Below are positions 25,301 to 38,772 of a stretch of 64,000 nt of DNA, piece by piece. This DNA comes from Raillietiella orientalis (taxonomy: Eukaryota), in assembly GCA_036172245.1 (NCBI GenBank), contig JAYWIR010000057.1:434001-498000 (forward strand), written 5' to 3'. The translations under genes were made by a program, and so were the position numbers. Below the pieces are notes generated by a model, which ran no database searches, was not told the DNA's origin, and saw nothing but the letters and a program-made list of their open reading frames with translations. Each line of letters starts with the position of its first letter. Position 1 is the first letter of the stretch.

Positions 25301-27278
25301 TATAATTAAACAAAGTGATTAATCAAATGCCTTCTGGAGATTGCATACTCCGTTTGCAAATTACCTGCACTTATGTAGAAAATTCAAAGCAAATTATTGG
25401 GGTTTCCTGCACTTTTTCCTTATTTACGATAAGGTTGATTATTTATTAGCTTTATCATTTCAATACATAATAAAATGGATTTTCATATCATCTTGATTAA
25501 AAACTCTACGAATTAATAAGAAATCAATGTAATAATACTTTTACAAGTTAATACGGAGGAAACGGAAAAGCCGCAGTATATATTAATTTGTACATAAATA
25601 CAATACGTATTTATGTAACGTTTCTATGAATTGAGCAAAAATGTTAAACTTGTTTCCGGGTAGGTATATTAAGAAAAATCTGATCTATCATACTGAGATT
25701 CATTTGGTTACTGTGCTGCATGTATTCGAAACGGTAAATAATTAAATAATTCCAAATGCATACTAATGCCTTTGAATGTCATCTTTAAAACAGCCTCTAA
25801 TAATTTCCAGAATTGCACAGGTTTTGACTTAATTCTTGACAATTTTTTTTTCCAAGAAATGTGTTCCCATTGTATTTGTTTTTATTTCATTGCAAATAAA
25901 AGTTTCATTTTTTTGATGCGTTTCAGGGATCAGCATGTTAGTTACAGAATTTCTTTTGCTTAAGTTGTCGAATTAAAGTGATCCAAACTGTGAAGATTGC
26001 TTGTATCCATAAATTTGTCACCAGATAATCTTCAAAATTCTTCTCTCAAGCACCCATCTGTATTGCACGGTGCTTATTTCGAAAGTGAAAAAATCTTAGA
26101 TTTGGACATGCAAGATGATTGCGGTGTTAATTCTAATCTCATTCAAAACTCGGGTTTGCTTATGATTTTCAGAACTACAACTAAGACGAATGAGCAGAGA
26201 AATGCACTAACAGTCTTCATTCCTACTTTTATGACCCACTCGATGTTATGCAAATGGCTATTCGGAAGGGTTAATTTTGAACACATCCTTAGCAATGAAT
26301 AATGATGCAATGTAGTTTAGGGGTCTTTCAGTATTTCTGTATAAGAAAGGCAACTCTAAGAATAAATATGTGTCTCAATGAGACGATCTAAAGGCAGGTG
26401 GATCAACAGGAGCAGTTTTAGAGAATGCAAACAAAACTATGAAGTGCTCTTAGCAATAGTGCCCCATATCTGAATTGGAAATTCACTGAGAAAGAAAGCC
26501 ATGAAAAACTTTCAGGATCAGACGAAAATGCCTTCCTTTTGTAAATTTTCATTGTTATTGTCAATGGATTTTTTTCTAAAAAATATTTGAACATTTAGGA
26601 ATCGAAAATTTAACAAATTTGCTAATTTTCTGAATATGTTAAAGTCATCGTCTTGGATTATTTTCATGTGAACATGATTTCCACTTGATTTGAATATTGA
26701 ACAGATATGTAGGAATTACACATTCCATGCTCCGGAACAGATTGTTTTGTTGAAATAGTTTGAAACCATAGTCATCATATCTTTACTTGGCCTCATCTTC
26801 AATTCCTAGAAATGTTTTAACCAAGATATTAGCATTATTAACCAGTCGACTTGAAAAAACCAATCGGTTGCTCCATGATCAATTATAGAGCTATACCTAA
26901 ACATTATTTCTGCTTGATTCCAAGGATATCCTTCTGTTTTTTTAAAAAAAATTTATTTTTTCCGAATTCGCGTTTATGTTCAAAAGCTCTAGGAATGCGA
27001 AGAAATTCTTTTGCACAAATATTTTATCAAAACGAAGTAAATTTATTTGAATGTTTTACTTACATAATTTAATGTTTCATACTTATTTGAAATTCGTTTC
27101 CACCAGTAGATGCATCAATACATCTACATTATTCCTTGTTATAATCGGGTATCAAATAAAAATCAAATGCCGTATATCATGGCAACATTATATTTACAAT
27201 CTTGATGCGTGCCAGAATTTCGAATGTGTTCCATCCCAACGTGTATTCACATGTGTCTTGTGGGTGTAGTAAATAAAC

Positions 27279-29370
27279 ATGAAAAAAGAAAAAGATAGAC
27301 GTAGAATAAGTACCCGTTTTTCTGAATCCCGAGAGTTTGATACTTTGGTTGATTTGGATGTTGATCTTGAATTTCAAAACCATGATCATGATGATCACTT
27401 AGATCCCTTAGAGTCAGAGGTAAATGACAATATTGACTCAGATCAAGAACAGACTCTTATTTTGGACGCCAATAATGTAGGTGATGTAGTAACAGAAGTC
27501 ATCGATGATGACGACGGTTGCATCTATGGGTGAATATGTTTTTGATTATAATGAGAATTTTACTACATTTACGTACAGAACTGATGATCTGGAGAGCAGT
27601 TTAATTGCATCGTCTAGTTCAGGTGTTATATCTCAACATATGGATATTACTGAGCCCTTGACAACGTTGAGACTTTTGCTTGAGAATAGACTTGGTGTTG
27701 ACCTATCAGATTATGATTTCTGGCTTCAGAATACTCAAATGGTTATTATTTTTTGTTTTAAGACCTGCAAAAATCACCCAAGTGCTATATTTGAAATTAG
27801 TTGAATTTTAAAAATTTTGGGTGTCAAGTTTTGGGTTGAAATTTGAAGGTGAAACTTGAAATTCCCAATTTAAAAATATACGCAAAGCTTGCCTTTTTTC
27901 TTCATAATAACACGCTTTCGATTTTCGAATCTTGCTTTAATTATTATTTAAAATTTATAAGTGATGATAGATGTGCAAGCAGTACAACATTTTTTGCAGG
28001 AGGGTATGGTACTTGGCACTTAATCTTTTCTTGTTCTAGTTTCAAACTCTCATTGTTTGAAAATAGATAGCTTTGTATTCTTTGTAAGCAAGAATATGAA
28101 AACTCACTCTAATTCTGATGTGTATAATGCATTATGATTCTTATGTCTTTTTCAAATAAAAAGCTGGACCCTCAGAAGAATTTGGTGGAGCTTTGTGTGC
28201 AGAGCGAAGGTCTGGTTCAAGTCAATGTAGAAATAATAACCAAGAATCGTACCAGGAAAATTAATATCGTGGAGGTTTTAAAACCAGCCGATGATGTTGT
28301 TGAAGGTGTGCTGTTTAAATTCCTGCTGTATTATCAAGATTACATGCTTGTGTAGAACCTGAATTGGGCTTGCCAGAGTGTAAAAGTAAGAAATCAAATG
28401 AAACTGAACACATAACTAAGTGGATTGTGGATATGGATTATAGGAAAGAACAAGAAAGATTAAAAATTCCTTTTGGTATATTGTGCTCTTGCTAAATAAA
28501 TCTTGAATGTCATTTCCTAGATCCATTTGCTTGGAAGAAAGATCATGTTCAGCACTGGATTTTATGGGCGTTTCAAAATTTCCCTTTAATTGATACAAAA
28601 TTGAAAAACTGGGAAATAACAGGAACAGAACTCAAAAACATGACTAGGGAGGAATTTAAACAGAAAGTTTTACAAGATCCGGGTGATCTGTTTTGGACTC
28701 ATATTGAGTTGTTAAGAAGATGTAAATTTGTTGGTGAGAACTGCATGTCCATATTTCTTTCATTCTTACCATTCTGGATGACAGCTGTAATGCAGGGGGT
28801 ACCATCAGGTATATTTAAAAAGCTTTCGACTCCATCCAACATTAGCATTCAACATTTGAATAAACCTAGTTTTAAAGCATACAATCGTTCACTAAAGTTG
28901 TACCCAACAATGAAAATGGAGTCATCTGAACTGCCCACAGGAGGACAACCTGGCAATAGAACAGGTACTGAAGTTTTTCTTCTGTAACATGTGACAGTTT
29001 CCTAGGAAATAATGGTCAAGTGCAGCTTTGGCAGTTCTTGTTGGAACTGCTCACTGATTTTAACATGACTGAAATCATTCAGTGGATTGGTGAAGAAGGT
29101 GAATTTCAGTTTCTCAATCCTGAACTTGTTGCTCATCTATGGGGGCAAAAGAAAAATAAGCCTAACATGAATTATGAAAAACTTAGTCGTGCCTTACGTT
29201 ACTACTATGATGGAGATATGATATCTAAAGTACATGGCAAGCGATTTGCTTATAAATTTGTGTGTGACCTTAAGCAGTTGATGGGCTATAGTGCTGGAGA
29301 AATCAAGAGTTTGTTAGCCGAATGTGAGCTACGAAATTTGAGTCATAAACAGTCTTTAATAGGTCAGTAA
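27279..29370 (+). CDS. GABPA: GA-binding protein alpha / Ets97D-like ETS transcription factor (OST, PNT and ETS domains)
   Basis: Exons: 27279-27529, 27579-27741, 28164-28305, 28356-28475, 28521-28733, 28785-28964, 29006-29370. OST-like [20 protein letters not shown]...[47 protein letters not shown]...[29 protein letters not shown]...[39 protein letters not shown]. Confidence 0.95.
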
Positions 29371-29584
29371 GAAATCTAACTACTACTGCTGCGATATGCA
29401 TACTTTTTTTCAGACATAACTTATGATTAAAATCGATTTAAATTAAATTTGCAATTTCCATACAAAAGATTCCCATCTTCCAAGTGACATATCATGTGAA
29501 GTAAATGAGTCATTTCATTTACTTGGAAATTTTGACAATAAAAGTATTAAATTTATGCAGATTGTTTTGTTTAAAATTTCGTGT

Positions 29585-30098
29585 TTATTTGGATTTTTTG
29601 TTTTTCAATTTTTCTCTAAATTCTGGAAGACTATTGGATATAAAACGTCTTGTGGCTGTTACATCTAGGCGCGACATCCTAGGTCTATGAAGTATTTCGT
29701 TAAGTCTGTTCATTGCTTCTTGTATCCTTTTAATTTCTGATTTAATTGCATGATTCTGGGGTGCTATTCCCAATGTTTGCAAATACACTTAAGAAAATTA
29801 TGTTGTTGTTACAATAAAGCTACTTACTCCAAAACAAAGAATTCAGCGCATATAAGATCGATAAGTCCTGCTTTGCTGTATTAATGTTTTCTTCCTGGAA
29901 AGAACGCTAAGGTAAGTTTCAAAACCTGCACACTACATGTATGTTTCAATTAGCACATTTCTTTTCAACCTGCTCGCGTAGTTTTTTATCTTTGACCGTT
30001 TCAAGAATAGTTGTCTCGAGCTCCATAAGTGCTTGGTGAAATCTCATTATGCTTCCACATATTTCTGTTGGAAACTGGTTTACTTCCATGTTTGGCAT
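29585..30098 (-). CDS. C1D: Nuclear nucleic acid-binding protein C1D (Rrp47, exosome cofactor)
   Basis: Exons on the minus strand: 30098-29970, 29894-29828, 29787-29585. Translation MPNMEVNQFPTEI...AKQDLSILYALNSLFWMYLQTLGIAPQNHAIKSEIKRIQEAMNRL...RLDVTATRRFISNSL matches the Sas10/C1D family signature. Confidence 0.9.
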
Positions 30099-33000
30099 CT
30101 CTTTCACACTTTCTGCTACAAAATCTGCATTTCTCGAAGACAGGATTGCCGCTATAACGTTTTAGTGCACGCTAAAGCTGTTCATGAAACTCATCATGTG
30201 CAGCATTACATTGTTTATTCTTAATTGTCAATATGCTACAAAAATACATTTGGAAAACAATCTTTTTCTATATTTATTGAACATTTTCTTCCTAACGTCA
30301 ATTTCTGATAATTCTAAACAAACTGGATTTTACAGCAAGAAAGTGTGATTTGACTCAGACGAATTCTACCAGTTTTCATAAAGAACATCCTAAATACTAA
30401 ATGAAATCATGAGAGATGTGGACGTTTTGCAACTTTCCTACTTGTATATCCAAATACAAAACGAAATATAAGGGAATCATTCCGCCACCTATAGGAAAAA
30501 GAAATACAATAGTATTCATTCAAATCAGATAAATGCCTTTAAAACAAGTTGTGGTCAATTTCTGGGGATGCGGACTGAAAGTAAAAGTTTCATGCCAAGC
30601 TTTGTACAACATGGGCAATTCGTAAAATGCCGAATGCATACAATTTCCTAGAAAACAGATTCGATTTTATAAGTTCCCAATTGTCAAAGTACGTAAAGTC
30701 TAGATTTATCTTCAATTTATTGCCATTATGTCCCTTGGTTCTACAAAATCCTCTTAGCTAGAGGAAGAGGATGGATGTGGAAAGTTTGACCTAGGAATAG
30801 TGTAAGTATTTGCTTATCATTGTTTTCAATGAATCAAAGATATGCATGCAAATAATTATACTCAAAGTCTAACTTGATGGCTGATATCAAGAGAAAAATC
30901 AGTGTTCTTATTCAAGATATTGTCTTATTTCAGCAGACATTATTATTCTAGCTGATTGTCCTAATCTTTGGTGAAAAATAAAAACGTAAAGAAACTGGCA
31001 AACCAGCACTTCAAAATAATTTACCGAGTTTAAATAAAATGTAAATTTTTAAATATTTGAAATAAATAATTAGATGCTTAAATCTAGCTAATTACTTTAC
31101 CAAAATTACATCAAAAGATTAGCGGTATAAAAACCTGGATGCGAAACGAACGTAAATCTCAGTTGCTGATATGGCTCAAATATAAATTTTTGATTTAATA
31201 TTAATTCGAAATTTTACACCATCAAACAAACGATTCTTTGAGTAAGCTTCATTGACAAACGAAATCTATTGTGCTAATTATACTTAATCACAATACAATA
31301 GTGTATGGTTATAATGCAGTGTTGTATCAAAAATTTGGAATTCCATGCACTTCATTGGAAGCTCTCATCTAGAGTTATCATTCCATCCCTTTTTAAGAAA
31401 ATCTTGCTTTTGTCTGAAAGTCATCAGTGATTAAAATGCAATTTTATTTGAATTTTAAAATATTAATCCATTAATAGTTTTATATTGGTCTCTTGATACA
31501 CAAATGTTTCCGAGAATGGTTTGTAACGTTTTATAGTAATTGATTTCCAGTGATTTATGCAATGAAGAGTTATTTAAACACTTTTAAAGTAGCAGCATTC
31601 AAAACTAAACTAAGTTGAAAAATGTAAATGATAAAAATGAAAGTTTGTTTTCCAATTCATGAAAGTTATTAATAACGGTGGATTTGACTGTGATACTTGA
31701 AAGTAAAGGGAAAAAGGCAATGTTGAACAGATCCGTAATGGAATGTATGCTAGCAGCATGTAACTGCGTATTTTAATTGTACACACCAAGCCTTGATGTA
31801 TCATTTTGCATTTTCTTATCCACATCTTGATTATAAAATAATTATTATCTGTTTTTCATACATAGTGGCTTCAGTGCATAATGGGGTAATTTTTATATAT
31901 GTATCAGAAATTCTGTTGTATTACTTCAATTTGAGACGGCTGCTTGGACACAGACAAATAGCAGTTTTCTCGAATGATCAGTGACATTAATACAATACAT
32001 CCAGTTAGTGCATATGAGTACTCAGATGAATCCTATTTTGGCAACTTGAAATGCACCTCTGCTTTTATTAGGGTCGTATACTTTCCTTAACTACTAAAAT
32101 GACGGAACAAGTTATAAAATGGGATTTTAAACAAGCATGCTATATTCTGGTACTTGCTGCAACCGAGTATCGGAAGAATGCTAAATGGCAGATGGAAGCA
32201 TTCATATTGCATCTCGGTTTGTCTCAGCTTCCTTTCGGAATCATTGCCCTTCGTAGAACAAAGTTTCCACGGTTCTTGATTTGCTGATCATGTTTATTGG
32301 AAAATTGCTTGTACGTTTCATGAAAAAAATACTCAAGTGGTACTTAGGTGACATGGAAAGAGGTTGAATCTTGGTTTCTTCACTAGGAGAGAATAAATCG
32401 TACCGTTGTTTCGTATCTGAAACTGCTTGCTCCAAGCAAAAAAGAGAAATTCTAGTCAGGGATGGTTGACTTAGCCAAGAGCTTTTCACCATCTCTGTAA
32501 AGGAATTTTTAACGATAGCTCCCCATTTCCATTTTCAATTAAAATATCGTACTTTGCAAGCCGCGCGAGTTCCTTTTTTTCTTTTCTTTCCAGAAGCACG
32601 CAGAGCCGACAAGTGCTTAGAGGTTTCAAAATGTGGTTGCACGTCACACAAGAAAGGGTTTTCTAAAGCAATAAGGATATCTATCCCGAGTAACGGGTTG
32701 TTTATTTTATTAAGCACTTTCGTAGTGATGAAGAGCCATCGCAGATGCTTTCAGGAATCTGCTAATGGGAATTTCGTGGGATCTCAACAATCAAGCGCAA
32801 GGATAATTAGTTTCCTAAAACTGTCATTTAGATTTGAGCAAGGCCTTTGCACGCCTTTTGCAACTTCAGCTTTCGGTTGTTGGCTTTAAGCACACATAGC
32901 CTTAGACGTGAAAGCACCGTTTCTTTCACCCTGGTAGAGTGTGAATCGGCAAAGAGTTTGTGGAATTGTAGAATGGTTACACGGATGTGTTTCAATGTAT

Positions 33001-33569
33001 CGTTTCAAGTTTTGTTATGCCACAGATCCATTGCCGTGGTCTCAACGAAGGCTCCAGGAGTCTTCGCTAAAACCTAAGTGTTTCAAACGCAGCGTCTTTT
33101 CAATTCAATTGAAGGGGGAAAGTGAATTTCGAGGTTGTGTTTTGCGGCAAAAACTCGGTAATAAGGAGTTGTGCTGCTGATTGCAAATGTTTCCCAAATT
33201 ATGGATCTGCTGAAACCACAATCCGAAAATATTGTCGGATTTCATGAAAAATAGGTGTTTAAGCGTTGTTAAAAAATGATGCTACGATGAAATTCGGGAG
33301 GGGGGGAGGGGAAAAAATTAGGATAGCTCGAACAAAAAAGTTTTGCAAATATAAAGAAAATTATTCTTTATCTAAATATTGTTCTGATTTTGAAGGATTT
33401 GATTGGTGAATGAGTGATGACGTAAATCTATGGTTGATGTTGGAGTACCAGCTCTTCATGGGACGTAATCTGTTTCATTCAATGAAAACAAAATTAATGA
33501 ATATATTAATAAAAAACAGACTTTGATTGTAGTAATTATAAATTGCCAGCCATTTAATTATTTCAGATC

Positions 33570-35457
33570 ATGCTTTTCTTTGAAGGACCTTTACAAGAGG
33601 CAATATATCAAGCAAAATCAAAACGTGCTATACTTGTTATTTATAATTCAGGTAATTTCTTTTCTTTATAAAGCTTTGCAGTTAAAATTGTTTGTGTTAC
33701 ATCCTTAAGGGTATAAAATACTTTCAGTTTCTCAATGTGCATAGAGTCTTTTGCAGTTAAAAATTACAGAAAGTATGTTTCTGTATATTTTTCAACAAAC
33801 ACACAAAGATCTCCCTTTTGTGTTGCAGGGAAACCTGTTTTCCTTCTCCTGTTAGATCTGAAATGAGTAGTTTTTATACAAACATTTCATATTTATTCTC
33901 CCGCAAAATTTGAATTCTGTTTGAAATTATAGGTGTGAAATGAAATATTCGGTTTCTCCCAAGAGTGATTTTCTAAATAATAGCATGATAAATGAAAGTT
34001 GGAATCCTAAACAAGTTTTAACCAATATGTAAACCTTTTTTTAGATGATTTAGAGAATTCGAAAAACTTTGATTTACAACTTGAAAGTGAAGGAATTTGT
34101 AATTTGTTGGAAACACCATGTTTCATTTGTGTTAAGTTGAAAAATGATTCCAAACAATTTCAACAGTTTTCAGAAATTTGTATCCTTTCAGTCTGTACAT
34201 TTTGTAAACCGCACGCACATTATTTATTCTGATTATTCATTACTGATTATTGATTCTAAATGGATGCAGATGGTGTACCAAGAGTTCCATCTCTGTATTT
34301 CATTGATAGCAATGGTTTTCCATTAGAAATCTTTGCTTATGGTGTTGATATCCAGGAGATGAAGCAAAAGATTGGAATTGTAGTAATGGATTATCATAAG
34401 GAACAAAAGCAAGAAACAAGTTCTGCACTTCCATCAAGTGCAGATAATGAGTCTTTGAATCTGCAAGAACAAATTCAATATGCTCAACATTTGATCCGGG
34501 AAAATCAACAAATCAAGGAAAAGGAAAAAGAAAAGGTGAATAATTGTAATTAATTTTGAATTTTTCAGCACAAATTTTCAACTCAGGAGGAAGGAGAAAA
34601 GGAAGTTGAAAGACGGCGTTTTGGTAAAGATGTACAAAAATATAAGGAATGGCAAAGGGAGCAAGAACATAAGCAATTTGTGAAGAATCTTCAAGAAGAA
34701 AAACTTAAGGATAAGCAAGCAAAAGAAAAAGTGTTACGAGATATCGCAGAAGATCGTGCTGAAAGAGAAGCAAGGATTCAATTGAAAAACTATACCCCAC
34801 CAGAGACGAAACATGTTCGTCCAGTTTCACATGATGTCAATCCTCAGTTGTCAGTGTTGGTTCAGATAGATGAAACTGACATTCAGGTTTACTCTTAGGA
34901 TTGCTAAGCTACAGTTTCGTTTTCCTGATGGGACTTACAGAATTCAGGAATTTGAAGGAGATACTAAATTGGTTGACGTCCGTAATTCCCTAGATACCCC
35001 TTATTCCAATTTTACTTTGGGAACCACCTTTCCTCGTCAAGAGTTTTCATCAGCTGACTATGGTCGCACTTTAGGAGAATTGGGACTAACTCCATCAGCA
35101 ACTTTGTTGGTTATACCTATCAATGTAAGAATAACACTTCTGGATAATCTGTAATTGGAGATGCTTTAGACCATGTCCAGCTCATTTTTTGCATCATGGT
35201 TGCAATCTCCATTAAGATTAATAGAAAGATTGACAGGATTGTTTGTGGCAGGCGTGTATATGATGAGAACTTTAGTCGTCAGTTTTTTGCCTGCTCATGC
35301 TCTTCAGCAAAATCAACAGTCACAGCAGTCAACCCAGGAGTTACCAAAACGTGCTATGCGTCAGAATGGTAGGATACATTTAATGGGTGACTTACGCAAA
35401 TCTGATGATGATGATGAGAACAACACTTGGAATGGAAATTCCACTCAGCAAAAATAA
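33570..35457 (+). CDS. UBXN4: UBX domain-containing protein 4 (erasin)
   Basis: Exons: 33570-33651, 34045-34179, 34270-34535, 34587-34849 (donor approximate), 34899-35124, 35170-35457. N-terminus MLFFEGPLQEAI..AK; QFSEIYGVPRVPSLYFIDSNGFPLE; coiled coil; UBX domain AKLQFRFPDG...TTFPRQEF...LGELGLTPSATLLV; diagnostic C-terminus DDENNTWNGNSTQQK. Confidence 0.94.
34180..34269 (+). other. Probable U12-type (minor spliceosome) GT-AG intron in UBXN4
   Basis: The donor T|GTATCCTTT matches the U12 consensus RTATCCTTT at all 9 positions. It is phase 1 and lacks a polypyrimidine tract before the AG (aaatggatgcag). Splicing restores the conserved FSEIY-GVP sequence. The branch-point match is weak. Confidence 0.7.
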
Positions 35458-35954
35458 GGGATTTAAGAATGGTTTGGAAAAATAAAAAGGTTAAAGTTAC
35501 AGTATATTGGCACAGCATTTGTATATGCCAAAGCAAAATTCTTAGCAAATTATTCCTCCATTATATATGCTTTTTAATGGTCAAAGATAACCCTTTCAGC
35601 AGCTTTTGGTGTTTCTTAGGTATTGCAGTAGTTTTGGGGTTTTATTTCATAGAGAGCTTAATCATTTGAAATTGAAGTTCTTGATATATGACATGTAGAC
35701 AGGAAGCTTTCAGATTGTGAACAGATAGTAACAAATAATATTTTTGCAGTTTTGATCTCACAAAGGAACTATGTAGCACATCAAGCCAAATGCATTTCTT
35801 CAGAGGTAACTCAAATGTTGCTTGAGGTGGGAGGCAGAAGCTGTTGAAGTACCACCATTTTGTACACTTTAGCAATTTGTGGAATGGCTCACTAACAATT
35901 TTAGGTTGATACACTGTTTTGTTGCGTTTGCATCTCCTTTCCCATTTCTTCTGT

Positions 35955-38772
35955 ATGTCAATGGCAGCTAATAATAGCTCAGAAGTAGATGGTGTCAGTT
36001 TTTTGTTGAAAACTATGAGTAAGTATATCCGATTCATGGCTTCATTTCAGTTACTTTTAGTGGAGAGAGATCCTAGCAAACGGCGTGTAAAACTGGCACA
36101 ACAATCTCTTTGGGATTTGGATCTTGGTGTAGAGGAGAGCTCAGATGATGAAGATTTTTGCATTGATGAACATGAGAGTAGCAGTAGCAGTGACTGGGAT
36201 AATCGAGAAGAAGATTCTGGTAAATTAGGCGTACTGCTATCAATTAAACAACTAATAATTTCGTAAAAGTGGAATCTGATGAGGGCAAAGGGGATTTAGA
36301 AGAAAAGCCAGCAGAAAGTATCTCAGCCAAAGCAACTCATCCAGGCTCTGAATCCACAGCCAGTTTGCTTCAGAAAGCTAAACTACAAGCCAAAGTACTT
36401 AATACATTGCTCCTATTTTTAAGATATTTATTTGATTGTAGGATGTCCTCAATCTGGATTTGAGCAAAACTTTAATTTGCAGCATTTGCTTAGGCAGTGT
36501 GACCCAGGAGAGTGATGAGATTGTAGAATGTGATAGCTGTGGCATTTCTGTACATGAAGGTGATATAGCTGTTGCATTGTTATTGTCATCTGTTTTTTTA
36601 GTTTGCTATGGTGTTAATGACAGTGCTAGCATTAGCAGTACTACTTCTTCCTGTTCAACTGAGCCATGGTTTTGTGATGCTTGTCGTGCTGGAGTTAAGG
36701 ATCCTGATTGCCAGTTATGCCCCAACAAAGGTAGCAGGCTCAGATGTTAGCTAAGTTGCAAACTGAAAGTCTTGTAGGAGGTGCATTTAAAGAGACAGAT
36801 GTTGGCCAGTGGGTGCATTTGGTATGTGCACTGTATGTACCAGGCATTGCTTTTGCAGAGGTGGACCGCCTAAGTGCTGTCACTCTGTTTGAATTACCAT
36901 ATGAGCGGTGGGGTGCCAAAGTGTGTTCACTGTGTGTGGATGAGCGCTTTTCTCGGACAGGAATTTGTATCTCATGTGATGCTGGCATGTGTAAAGCATA
37001 CTTTCATGCGACTTGGTGAGAGTTGTGGTCTTGTATCCATGCTATTGTAAAGCATAGCGCCCAGAGGGAAGGTTTGCTGCAAGATGGTCATCATGATGAT
37101 AATTCTGTTGACCCCTTTTATGCACACTGCAAATTACACTCAGATTGTATTCGCATGAAGTAAGTAACTGAACTATCATTATTTGCTTTTTGATGTCATA
37201 GGGCAAAAAAGAAGAATTGGCTGGCTTTGCAAGCACAATTGCGGCAACGCCGTGATCAGCGTCAGGAGCAGCAGTTGGCTATGATGAATGGTGATGTGGA
37301 GTACAGCCCAGCGCATGACTTATTACGTATTCAGAGGAAATTGGATAGACGGCGGGAGCGATACTTGAAGGCTCGTAGTCAGCGTCCTCTACCATGGGGT
37401 TGGTGCCACAGTTTCTCTTGGTGTTCATACTTGTTTTAGTACCCACCCAGAAAGTCCCTCGTCTGGTCAACACTAGTCCTACTGCCTGTCGTCAGTTGCT
37501 TAAAAAGGTGCAACTTATGGGTCTCAATGTGTCCTCTCTTGAGATGCAAGAAGCTTTGCTTCAATCCGTGGGTGATATTGGTCGCAAGTGGCATGTACCT
37601 CCTGCTTTTACTGCGGAGTTTGTATGCTATTTTATGGATAGACAGAATCGCATGCTGAAGATGCACAGTCATCTGGAGCAGTTATTACAACAGCACACAG
37701 CATTGCGTGCAGAAGAGCAAGCCTTGCGTCCTCGGATGGAAGCGGTAAGCATGCTTTGTTGATAAAGGTAGCCTGCATTGTTGGTATACTGTAGGCAAGT
37801 CAAAATCACCAGCAAGTTTGTGCCACTCATCAGCAACTTCGTCAACAAGTTAATGAATTTCAGCATTGCTTGTTGGATATTGGTAACAAGCTACTTGGCA
37901 TTCAGCTACAGTTTCCTCAGGTTGTTCGGCCTTCACAGCCACTAAATAATTCCCAATGTGGATCAAGTGAAAGTGCGTTTCTGAGAATATCTATTTTAGT
38001 TTTTATTGTGTTTTGGCTTTTTAGATTCTGAGCCCAGATACTGTTCTGTGTGTCAGCTGCTCACTGATCAGCATCTGCTTGTCACATGTGATGTGTGCAA
38101 GTGTCACTATCATCTGCGTTGCTTGGATCCCCCACTTACTCGTATGCCAAAGAAAAGCAAGTTGTATGGATGGTGAGCCTATTCAAGATTTTCACATTTC
38201 TGTGCTAACCATGTTGTGTGTATGTAGGCAATGCAGTGGATGTCTTCAGGGATCAGATGCAGAAATAGTGGATACAGAAGCACCACGATCATTGCGTAAG
38301 GCTGCAAAAGACTGGGAACCCAATAATGTGTCCTCACTTTCTGGTGATTTGCTTGCCACACGCAAGAGAAAGAAGAGAAAACGATCAGCTCATCCCAGTA
38401 AAAAGCTGTTGGAACAGGTAAATCCAATAGGCATGTGCATGTAATCCATATTTCAGCAAGTAATGAATGGTATGGAACGGCGTCGAGCGTTTTCCAAGAG
38501 AGCTCAGGACATACGCACGCAATGTGACCGTTGCAGCAAACCTGGAAACAATGTTGATCTGGTTCGCTGTGACTACTGCTTTCGCTGTTATCATTTTAGT
38601 ACTTGCTTGAACCCTCCTTGCAGCAAGAATCCTAAACCTCGTGGATACTCATGGTTTTGTGATGACTGTGACACTTCTGATCAGGTAGCTAAGCATATTT
38701 TCCGTACCAGTCATTTGTTTAAGTCAGTCCAGGATGGAAGATGACACAGTGATTTCAAAGAATGGAATTTGA
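35955..38772 (+). CDS. PHF14: PHD finger protein 14 (PZP module, coiled coil, two further PHD fingers)
   Basis: Exons: 35955-36018, 36061-36219, 36270-36394, 36442-36559, 36602-36730, 36778-37015, 37058-37159, 37202-37398, 37440-37744, 37795-37972, 38025-38172, 38228-38417, 38457-38684, 38728-38772 (last exon uncertain; unspliced stop at 38744). Motifs: MERDPSKRRVK, ICSICLG...CDSCGISVHE.CYG...STEPWFCDAC, FKETDVGQWVHLVCALYVPG, RTGICISCDAGMCKAYFHAT, RKWHVPPAF, YHLRCLDPPLTRMPKK. Confidence 0.93.

Noticed and set aside
32540..33180. Moderately GC-rich stretch with several 60-110 aa ORFs
   Set aside because: No identifiable homology or consistent splice pattern; possibly a decayed repeat or promoter DNA between the divergent C1D and UBXN4 genes.
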